A DNA stretch of 64,000 nt, from the NCBI GenBank assembly GCA_002452155.1, contig DKEK01000005.1, positions 70,675-134,674 of the forward strand, read 5' to 3'. This DNA comes from Candidatus Saccharibacteria bacterium UBA6824. GTDB lineage: Bacteria; Patescibacteriota; Saccharimonadia; Saccharimonadales; UBA10212. The position numbers were made by a program, and so were the translations under genes. This document shows, in pieces, positions 6,887 to 13,963 of this stretch (position 1 is the first letter of the stretch; the number at the start of each line of letters is the position of its first letter). Under the pieces are notes generated by a model, which was not told where the DNA came from, ran no database searches, and saw only the letters and a program-made list of their open reading frames with translations.

Positions 6887-8476
6887 CTACCCGTCTCCAT
6901 AGACCGGGCGGCGTTTTAAATCAAGCAGTAGTTCCTGAGAGTACAGCTGCAGGGCTGATTTGCCTATTTGATAAGCATGCTGGGCAGACTTCTTAATGCT
7001 GCTAATAGTCGCTAATAGTTGTTTTATAACTTCGTGAGTCCCACTATCCTGGGGAATATTAGTTTCTTCGTCTTTTTCCATCGTCACAATTAACTCGGAC
7101 ATGTCTCCTTTTAATGCAAGTTTGACGCAAGATTCTATTAGTTCCGGGGTATATTCCATTTCGATGTGATCAAATAACAGGATGAATAATTCCTTTAGCT
7201 CCTCTTCCGGTCCTTCAGCCTCTAAGGCAACCTCTTGATTTTCCGCGTCATTTTCCGTTAGTGTTTGAGCTTCGGCGACCTTGTGGATAATTTCATCAAG
7301 TATTTGATGGGCTGTTTCCGCCTCCTCTGATCCCATTTCCTCGATGGTATCTGCGACCAACATGATAGATTCTTCTACTTCTTCTACTGGTACGCTAAGT
7401 TCAGCTGTAGCCTCTGAACTTTCTTGGGCGAATTCTGTCATATTAAAAGCTTGGGTTTCGGCAGGAACAATAAAATCATTAGCCTGCTCTTCGGGTATTT
7501 CGTACTCAACAAAATCTTCTGGGAATTGTCTTTGTTCATCACCAGCTGTTAACAGCTGATGAAATTCTCCATCACCGGCTAGATCTTCGTTTGCGTTTAT
7601 CCCTGTGTAATCAGTTTTTGTATCGATTTCCGAATCCAATGCTTTATATAACTCGTCGATTTGCAAATTTTCATGAGGCCCTATGTCGGACTCGTCGGTT
7701 TGCTCGGTCGCTACGCTGACTTCGGCCGGTTCTGACACTTCTCCTACCAATATAGGTTGAGTGTCAATCTCTGTTGAAGTAGTGTCTGTGTCGGAGACTT
7801 CTGTCACTGCCGCGCTAATTGTCGGTTCGGAAACTTCCGCCACTATTGATCTAATAGGTTCAGAGATTTTTGATTCTACAGAATAGCCGCTATTGCCGCT
7901 GGTAGTTTGTGCCTCCGGTATCGACGCAACTGCGGCTTCGGGCGAGAGCGCATTAATTGTCCTGAGTGGGGATGTACCACCGCTTGCAGCAGAAGTATTA
8001 TCGGCTACCTCCGTTTTATCAGCTATAACACTGATCGCTGCGGCCTCCTCTTTTGGGACATTTAGTGCTTGTAACTGTTCGATTTTCGGTGCTTCTTGCT
8101 TAGAAGCTACCTGCTTTTTTTGTGGAGCGTCGTCGGCACTTTTCTTGGGCTCTTTGATTTCTGCCTTCTGTTCGGTTTTATCCTCTTTATTTTCGGCTTC
8201 CTCCTCAGTTTCCGTTTCTTGTACTTCTTCCTCTTTTTCTTCTTCGGCTTGTAGCCTACGTCCCTCGATATGTGCCCTAGCTAATTCAGCTCTTACCTCC
8301 GGTGGCAAACTGCCTAGAACTGCGCATCTCCCCATCTCTTCAACTGTGGCAGATACTGTTAGGCCGCTTTCGTGAGTGTAGTTATAAACTTCAGTAGATT
8401 CCATAACATCGCTTGTCTCCGCGATGAGGCCAGTCACACTATCGCTTTGGATCTCGTCAATAACTTCCACCTCCAT
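6887..8476 (-). CDS. large highly acidic (E/D/T/S-rich) protein, unknown function
   Basis: 529-aa ORF. The long low-complexity acidic middle (EEEKEEEVQETETEEEAENKEDK...) is flanked by more ordered N- and C-terminal regions. No signal peptide is evident. Confidence 0.55.
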   Translation of the reverse strand: MEVEVIDEIQSDSVTGLIAETSDVMESTEVYNYTHESGLTVSATVEEMGRCAVLGSLPPEVRAELARAHIEGRRLQAEEEKEEEVQETETEEEAENKEDKTEQKAEIKEPKKSADDAPQKKQVASKQEAPKIEQLQALNVPKEEAAAISVIADKTEVADNTSAASGGTSPLRTINALSPEAAVASIPEAQTTSGNSGYSVESKISEPIRSIVAEVSEPTISAAVTEVSDTDTTSTEIDTQPILVGEVSEPAEVSVATEQTDESDIGPHENLQIDELYKALDSEIDTKTDYTGINANEDLAGDGEFHQLLTAGDEQRQFPEDFVEYEIPEEQANDFIVPAETQAFNMTEFAQESSEATAELSVPVEEVEESIMLVADTIEEMGSEEAETAHQILDEIIHKVAEAQTLTENDAENQEVALEAEGPEEELKELFILLFDHIEMEYTPELIESCVKLALKGDMSELIVTMEKDEETNIPQDSGTHEVIKQLLATISSIKKSAQHAYQIGKSALQLYSQELLLDLKRRPVYGDG

Positions 8477-8480
8477 AAAA

Positions 8481-8792
8481 CTACGATGCTTCCTCTGTCA
8501 GCTTTAAATGGGCATACAGCATTTGCCGCAGTGCTGATTTGAGTTTCTCGTTATCAGGATCGGCTTCCAGGGCCAAATAAAACGGATGTACTCGCTCCAT
8601 ATATAACGCCTCCTTATATATAAGGGGAAATTCTTCGGCTACAAGTTCCCGCCCATCCTGTGTAGTAATAGACATTCCAATTAATTTCTGCTCGCCAAGA
8701 AGCTCAAACCAACTCCTCCCCTCCGCAATTAGCTCGAGTCTACGTTGAGCTTCACTTTTTTCGGAACCTAGCCTTGCTTCCTGAGAACTCAT
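8481..8792 (-). CDS. hypothetical protein (103 aa)
   Basis: The ORF ends 4 nt before the acidic-protein start, so they are probably co-transcribed. No recognisable motif. Confidence 0.5.
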   Translation of the reverse strand: MSSQEARLGSEKSEAQRRLELIAEGRSWFELLGEQKLIGMSITTQDGRELVAEEFPLIYKEALYMERVHPFYLALEADPDNEKLKSALRQMLYAHLKLTEEAS

Positions 8793-8989
8793 TGTTTACT
8801 TTTCCCTTAATGTTTTAATTATGACAGAAAAAAGGCCAGTGCATAATTACTAAAGCAAGTTGTGTAAATCCCAGCTCTTATCTAGACAACAAATACCCCC
8901 GTTAAAAGCAAAAACCCGAGCCTGTGGCCTATATTGACACCACCGAGCTCTAGGCATAAGCTAAAAACACTATTAAATAAAGGAAAAAT

Positions 8990-9541
8990 ATGCGCATTAA
9001 TAAACTAACGGTTACGGTGGCCACAGTGGTTGCCATGACGCTTAGCGGTGTACCGGCCCTAGCCATAGGGGCGGTCAATTCCCATCCCAACGCCCAAGCA
9101 ACCGGTGCGGGCAGCCAGGCGGTCGACCGCGTAGCGCTAGCTGAAACCAGGCTGGCAGATGCTAAACTTAAGGCTTGCCAGAACCGCGAAAAGACAATTA
9201 ACAATATATTGGCGCGTATCGCTAACCGGGGGCAAAAACAGCTGGACTTATTCAGCACAATCGCCACCCGCACAGAGACTTTTTACGTAAATAAGGGCAA
9301 GACACTTAGCAACTACGATGCCTTGGTAGCCGATGTTACAGCTAAAAAAGCCGCCGCCCAAACTGCCGTAGACACCATAAAGTCCGACAGTGTCAGCTTT
9401 AAATGCGACGGCACGGATCCCAAGGGCGCCGCCGAGTCATTCAAGACCCAGCTAAAATCGGAAATTTCGGCTCTGAAAGATTACCGCACAGCCGTTAAGA
9501 ACTTAATCGTAGGCGTGAAATCCGTCGAAGGAGGCCAGTAA
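8990..9541 (+). CDS. secreted alpha-helical protein, unknown function
   Basis: Signal peptide MRINKLTVTVATVVAMTLSGVPALA. AAGGAAAAATATG context at the start. The stop overlaps the next start (TAATG). Confidence 0.6.
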   Translation: MRINKLTVTVATVVAMTLSGVPALAIGAVNSHPNAQATGAGSQAVDRVALAETRLADAKLKACQNREKTINNILARIANRGQKQLDLFSTIATRTETFYVNKGKTLSNYDALVADVTAKKAAAQTAVDTIKSDSVSFKCDGTDPKGAAESFKTQLKSEISALKDYRTAVKNLIVGVKSVEGGQ

Positions 9542-9831
9542 TGAAAACTCGCAGTGATCACTCAGGCTTCTCGGCTTTTGAGCTAGTTTTAGTCATCGCC
9601 GTTGTTGCGATACTGGGCCTTGCCGGTTATACGGTGAATAACCGCCGTCACAACACCGCGGCGCCAGTAGCAACCAATCAGGCCGCTAGCACCATCAGTG
9701 TAAGCACCGCGCCCACTATCAGCTCCGCAAACGACTTAGACAAGGCATCCCAGGCACTTGACCAAACCGACCCGGGTACTGCTAACAGCAGTGACAGCGT
9801 CCAGCTAGACAGCCAAACCAGCGCCTTCTAG
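9541..9831 (+). CDS. type IV pilin-like (prepilin-type N-terminal) protein
   Basis: N-terminus MKTRSDHSG/FSAFELVLVIAVVAILGLAGY carries a class III signal: G at -1, F at +1, E at +5, then a hydrophobic helix. Confidence 0.7.
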   Translation: MKTRSDHSGFSAFELVLVIAVVAILGLAGYTVNNRRHNTAAPVATNQAASTISVSTAPTISSANDLDKASQALDQTDPGTANSSDSVQLDSQTSAF

Positions 9832-9854
9832 CAAAAAACCCTGTAAAAACAAAA

Positions 9855-9878
9855 TGCGCGGGTTTTTTTGCCCGCGCA
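9855..9878. terminator. bidirectional rho-independent terminator
   Basis: TGCGCGGG-TTTTTTTG-CCCGCGCA with T-rich runs on both strands. It sits between convergent genes ending at 9831 (+) and 9921 (-). Confidence 0.75.
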
Positions 9879-9920
9879 CATAAGCTTTTTGTTTAACTTT
9901 ATTTTGGCTTGTTTTGTGAT

Positions 9921-10253
9921 TTAGAGATTACCCTGGCGGTTGCCACACAGAGCACTGTTGTTTAAGCCCGTCTGCTGGCCATTTGCGCCACCACGAAAGT
10001 CATGTGTTACATCACCGTGCTCTCCAAATGCGCCAAAGGCTCCTGAACCAGCTCCTGTATCGCATTGAGCTCCAGCTGCAGCTGCACTTTCACAGCCGTT
10101 GGAAGAATTTACGCAGTACCCTCCGCCACCGTTTACGGCAAGAGCTGGAATCGCTGCCCCGCCGACCATCACCATGCTAGCGACGACGCTAACTATATAT
10201 TTCTTAATGCTTCCTTTGTCGCGTTGTACGCGTTCACCAATTTTGTACCTCAT
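9921..10253 (-). CDS. small secreted Gly-rich, 4-Cys protein (110-aa precursor)
   Basis: AAGGAGGA RBS 3 nt before the ATG. Signal peptide ...VVASMVMVGGAAIPALA, then VNGGGGYCVNSSNGCESAAAAGAQCDTGAGSGAFGAFGEHGD...ALCGNRQGNL. Confidence 0.65.
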   Translation of the reverse strand: MRYKIGERVQRDKGSIKKYIVSVVASMVMVGGAAIPALAVNGGGGYCVNSSNGCESAAAAGAQCDTGAGSGAFGAFGEHGDVTHDFRGGANGQQTGLNNSALCGNRQGNL

Positions 10254-10289
10254 AGGTCCTCCTTAATTTGTAGCTTCATTGTAGCACCA

Positions 10290-10357
10290 CCCCACACCTT
10301 TTGCAGGCGTTCTCGTAATCTGATTGCAGATTACTCCCACCCTGAAAAGGTACGGGG
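10290..10357 (-). promoter_or_regulatory. conserved ~66-nt hairpin motif, copy B (structured 5' element or operator)
   Basis: Minus strand reads CCCCGTACCTTTTCAGGGTGGGAGTAATCTGCAATCAGATTACGAGAACGCCTGCAAAAGGTGTGGGG. There is an outer 13-bp stem and an inner 8-bp hairpin GTAATCTG-CAAT-CAGATTAC. It is co-linear with 22881..22946 (+). It ends about 40 nt upstream of the 10253 start codon. Confidence 0.6.
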
Positions 10358-10403
10358 CAAGTATTTTTAGCAAAAAACACAAATAAAAGACTCTTAAAAC
10401 AAA

Positions 10404-10429
10404 GTGCGCGGGCTTTTTTGCCCGCGCAC
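10404..10429. terminator. rho-independent terminator (paralogous to 9855..9878)
   Basis: GTGCGCGGGC-TTTTTT-GCCCGCGCAC. It lies within a ~75-nt block (10394..10464) that is about 85% identical by eye to 9845..9915. Confidence 0.75.
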
Positions 10430-10464
10430 GATAACCTTTTTGTTTACTTCTATTTTAGCCTATT

Positions 10465-11223
10465 TTATCGGCCCGTGTTGGTGTAACTAACACAGTCACC
10501 TTGGTTCTTGAAGGTACTGCCATTAGCTCGAGCTAAGTCCATCCAGCCGCCGTTTTTACAATCGTTCTTGTTCTGCGGCTGTGGTACTTCGTAGGTGTAG
10601 GTGGTCGTATTTATTTGGGTGTTGTCCGCTAATACGGTCTGGTTGCCACCTGCAACCGCCCAACCACTGTCTGTAACTAATTGAACACCAGTTACGGTTT
10701 GTGTGCCTAGAAGTGCTTCAGCCTGTGCATACGTACTGTAAAAATTACCGCCAGCGTACTGACTAGTATCAAAACGAGCATCAGGTGAGGTAGTCAAATT
10801 TCCTGTTGATACCCAAGTATTCAACGTGCAGCCAGTAAAGCTAGGAAATGGCCCTATGTAGACAAATACATTATGGCCACCGATATTAACTTGAAATCTT
10901 GGTGAGCCGCCACCGCAATCACCCGCAGTAATTTTGTAGTCAGTACCCAGGTTAGTTAGATTATTAAATGTAAAACCAGTAGCATCAGTGTAATCAACGC
11001 CTCCATACGGATTTGTGGTACTAGATATCATTTGTACTGCATTACCGGGATTGCCGCCAGAAACGATGGTGGCATCACCAAACAGTGAGTATCCGACCGC
11101 TGCAGAAGCTACCCCTCCAGACAAAGCAATAACTGCTGGAAAAGTTAAAGCTGTTAATCCGATTAGTGTTTTTTGCGTTTTTGTTTTGACGTGTTTAACG
11201 CCAGTGGCGATGTTATATCGCAT
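10465..11223 (-). CDS. secreted protein with C-terminal CKNGGW...FKNQGDCVSY motif, unknown function
   Basis: AGGAGG lies 5 nt before ATG 11223 (the track starts at GTG 11229). It has a signal peptide/TM (LIGLTALTFPAVIALSGGVASAA). The Cys-containing C-terminal motif is common in uncharacterised secreted proteins. Confidence 0.65.
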   Translation of the reverse strand: MRYNIATGVKHVKTKTQKTLIGLTALTFPAVIALSGGVASAAVGYSLFGDATIVSGGNPGNAVQMISSTTNPYGGVDYTDATGFTFNNLTNLGTDYKITAGDCGGGSPRFQVNIGGHNVFVYIGPFPSFTGCTLNTWVSTGNLTTSPDARFDTSQYAGGNFYSTYAQAEALLGTQTVTGVQLVTDSGWAVAGGNQTVLADNTQINTTTYTYEVPQPQNKNDCKNGGWMDLARANGSTFKNQGDCVSYTNTGR

Positions 11224-11480
11224 GAGCACCTCCTATTTAGTAAGTTCAGTATAGCACCATAAAACTGACAAACTAAAAAACACAACAATAATGCATCCAG
11301 TTCAAAGCTCATTGCTTAGAGCTGGTGACCTGTAATAGAATTACTCATGCAGCTGTTACCAATTTTGCAAGATCGTGCATAAGCCAGATTCTTGTAAAAT
11401 TGAGGAGGAGGAAGCGACCCGAGGCTGTAAGTAAACAAATTATTGTTTGTTTACGAAAGTCGACATGTCGATTCCGACGC

Positions 11481-11556
11481 GGCTCTTTAGCTCAGTTGGT
11501 AGAGCAGAGGCTTGAAGAGCCTTGTGTCCCCAGTTCGAGTCTGGGAGGAGCCACCA
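11481..11556 (+). tRNA. tRNA-Phe(GAA)
   Basis: GGCTCTTTAGCTCAGTTGGTAGAGC D arm, anticodon loop TTGAAGA, T arm CCCAG-TTCGAGT-CTGGG, encoded CCA. Confidence 0.9.
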
Positions 11557-11558
11557 CT

Positions 11559-12320
11559 TTATTTCTCTTTGGCTAGGAAGTTCTTTACGTCTTCGACGGT
11601 GCTCATAAACTGGGCGGGAAAGATAACCGTGCTGTTTTTCTCGCTTGATATCTCGGTTAGAGTCTGTAGGTTTCTAAGCTGCAGCGCAATAGGGTGTTTT
11701 GCGATAATGTCGGCGGCCTGGCCAAGTTTAGTAGCGCTAAGCTGTTCACCTTCGGCAGCGATAATCTTGGCCCGCTTTTCACGCTCGGCCTCGGCCTGTT
11801 TGGCCATCGCCCTCTGCATACTATCAGGCAGTTTAATATCTTTAAGTTCTACTGTGCTAACGTATATTCCCCACTTTGCGGTAGCTACATCTAGTATTTT
11901 TTTGATTTTATCGTTGATTGATGCGGTTTGGCTCAATACTTCATCTAAAGAACTTTGACCGACGACGTTTCTGACTGTCGTTTGGGCGATTTGGTAAGTA
12001 GCACTGATAACATTCTCGATTTCGACCACCGACTTTATTGGATCGTTAACCTGGTAATAAGCTACCGCGGCAACATCGATGGAAACATTATCTTTGGTTA
12101 TTACTTGCTGGCTGTCTACCGGTAAGGTAACAATCCGGATGCTTATCTTTCTCATCTGGTCGACAAAAGGAATAATTACTCTGAGGCCAGGCTCTTTAAC
12201 GGCGGGTCTTACTTTACCCAGCCGCAACACCACGCCACGCTCGTACTGGTTGATAATTCGAACACCGGCCAAAATTATTATCAAAACAACGACAGCCGCA
12301 ATCCAAACACCTATCATCAC
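11559..12320 (-). CDS. SPFH/band-7 (stomatin/slipin-like) membrane protein
   Basis: N-terminal TM followed by [16 protein letters not shown] and the rest of an SPFH domain, with an [15 protein letters not shown] coiled region. Confidence 0.85.
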   Translation of the reverse strand: MMIGVWIAAVVVLIIILAGVRIINQYERGVVLRLGKVRPAVKEPGLRVIIPFVDQMRKISIRIVTLPVDSQQVITKDNVSIDVAAVAYYQVNDPIKSVVEIENVISATYQIAQTTVRNVVGQSSLDEVLSQTASINDKIKKILDVATAKWGIYVSTVELKDIKLPDSMQRAMAKQAEAEREKRAKIIAAEGEQLSATKLGQAADIIAKHPIALQLRNLQTLTEISSEKNSTVIFPAQFMSTVEDVKNFLAKEK

Positions 12321-12384
12321 ATCTGCCTCCTTACACTACAATTGTATTCTTGCCTCTGTTAAATTACAATGTACAAGCCCGTTC

Positions 12385-12469
12385 GGGTGAGTGGTGAAAC
12401 TGGTATACACGCAGCCTTGAGGTGGCTGTGCCGCAAGGCGTGGAGGTTCAAGTCCTCTCTCACCCACCA
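12385..12469 (+). tRNA. tRNA-Leu(GAG)
   Basis: Acceptor stem GGGTGAG/CTCACCC, anticodon stem CAGCC/GGCTG with loop TTGAGGT, long variable arm, encoded CCA. Confidence 0.9.
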
Positions 12470-12570
12470 TTTGACTCACTTCGTTCACTCATGGTAAACC
12501 ACATAAGTTGAATGATCCTGAGCGTAGTCGTCATATTGACTATTTGCAATAAATATGCTAGTATAAGTAC

Positions 12571-12900
12571 ATGATCGAAGTTGAGCCCGTTAGTATTTCA
12601 GAGTTAGTTGATGCTGACACTAGCCAAAAGAGACAGAGCTTGGCACCTGATGGCTTTTTGTTTTATCGCAACCTAGAACCATCTTTAGATTCCGGCTCTC
12701 CTCCCCTAGATGAAGAGCTGGCACGATTAAGTAGGCTATTTGGTTCTGAAAACATTTCTGTGTCTGAGCTAGCTTTCAGCCAACTGGGGGAACCTATTAA
12801 AAATGCTTTAGCAATATACCTTATGGAGACTGCTAAACCTCTAAATATAAAAGACCGCTTAGCTAGAAAGATAGGACAGTTATCACACAGAGAGCGCTGA
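12571..12900 (+). CDS. hypothetical protein (109 aa)
   Basis: ORF only; no motif recognised. Confidence 0.35.
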   Translation: MIEVEPVSISELVDADTSQKRQSLAPDGFLFYRNLEPSLDSGSPPLDEELARLSRLFGSENISVSELAFSQLGEPIKNALAIYLMETAKPLNIKDRLARKIGQLSHRER

Positions 12901-13094
12901 CTTCTATTTACAGAAGTTAAATTCCGGATTGGCATGAAGCCGCCACCAAAGTTCGTTATGTAGCTACTTTCACTCAAGAACCGTGGGTCTTAGTTTTTGA
13001 GCACACTGCTAAAAATCGTTCTGAAATCCGACTCTAAACCCCGCCACGTATAAGCACTATTGTTTGTCGGTCTATTTGAGTTTATTCTGAGAGC

Positions 13095-13640
13095 ATGAAA
13101 ACTGGAAAACAGAGTGGTTTTGGCGTCATAGGGGTGCTTGCCATTTTAGTAGCCTTAGGGGTCGTCGGTTTTGCTGGCTGGTATGTCAATAAAGCCAGAA
13201 GCCAGCCCCTGGTAAAAAATTACCAAGAATGTGTGAACAAGGGCTACCCGATATTACTAACTTATCCGGGGCAATGTAAAACTCCCGACGGTAAGTCATT
13301 CACCAACCCAGCTGATACTAGTAACTCGCTAAATACAGCTGGTCTGGCCATTTTAAGTGGTGTGGTTACGCAAGGGCCTACTGCGCCAGTCTGCTCAACA
13401 AGCGGCGGCTGCTACTCAGTAGTTAGCAACCACACAATTGAAGCTGAAGACTCAGATGGGAAGATTGTCACCACCACCAAAACCGACAGTAACGGCAAGT
13501 ACACACTGCATTTAAAACCAGGACACTATAGCCTAGTCTTGGTGCCCAGCATTGGTTCGGGGGTTCTTAAGGGCAATGAGGTGGATGTGATTAATGGAAC
13601 GAATAGTTTGGATTTATCAGCCGATACAGGAATGCGATAG
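13095..13640 (+). CDS. membrane-anchored protein with carboxypeptidase-regulatory-like beta-sandwich region
   Basis: N-terminal MKTGKQSGFGVIGVLAILVALGVVGFAGWYV is pilin-like but has G rather than E at +5. The C-terminal DSDGKIVTTTKTDSNGKYTLHLKPGHYSLVLVP resembles CarboxypepD_reg-type repeats. Confidence 0.55.
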   Translation: MKTGKQSGFGVIGVLAILVALGVVGFAGWYVNKARSQPLVKNYQECVNKGYPILLTYPGQCKTPDGKSFTNPADTSNSLNTAGLAILSGVVTQGPTAPVCSTSGGCYSVVSNHTIEAEDSDGKIVTTTKTDSNGKYTLHLKPGHYSLVLVPSIGSGVLKGNEVDVINGTNSLDLSADTGMR

Positions 13641-13763
13641 AAATAGTTCTCAATTGGATTGTCCCAAAGAAACTGTTCGAAAATTATGGTTATAAAGAGG
13701 TAGCTTTCAGGGATGGAGCAGTTATAATGATACTGTCCGTCGGCAAGGTAAGCGAAAGAATAA

Positions 13764-13840
13764 GGGCGCTTAGCTCAGTTGGCTAGAGCATCTCGTTTAC
13801 ACCGAGAGGGTCGGGGGTTCGAGTCCCTCAGCGCCCACCA
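13764..13840 (+). tRNA. tRNA-Val(TAC)
   Basis: GGGCGCTTAGCTCAGTTGGCTAGAGC, anticodon stem TCTCG/CGAGA with loop TTTACAC, T arm GGGGG-TTCGAGT-CCCTC, encoded CCA. Confidence 0.9.
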
Positions 13841-13925
13841 CGTCGCAACTAATATCAACCCCTCTAGAAATTTGTGCAAGCAAGTTGCACAAATTTAGCG
13901 GGGTTTTGTATTGCTGCTCCTTTTT

Positions 13926-13951
13926 CGTTTTACGGAGCTCCCCGTAAAACG
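13926..13951. repeat. conserved hairpin CGTTTTACGG-N6-CCGTAAAACG (copy 2 of 2)
   Basis: 10-bp stem. The context CCTTTTTCGTTTTACGGAGCTCCCCGTAAAACGGGTAA matches 3843..3879. Confidence 0.8.
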
Positions 13952-13963
13952 GGTAAAAAGGCT

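Noticed and set aside
11330-11415. Possible third copy of the 66-nt hairpin motif upstream of the 254-aa secreted-protein gene (GTAATAGAATTAC and CAATTTTGCAAGA/TTCTTGTAAAATTG hairpins)
   Set aside because: The shared words (GTAAT..ATTAC, TTTTGCA) occur in a different order and there is no co-linear alignment with copies A and B. I treat it as an independent hairpin.
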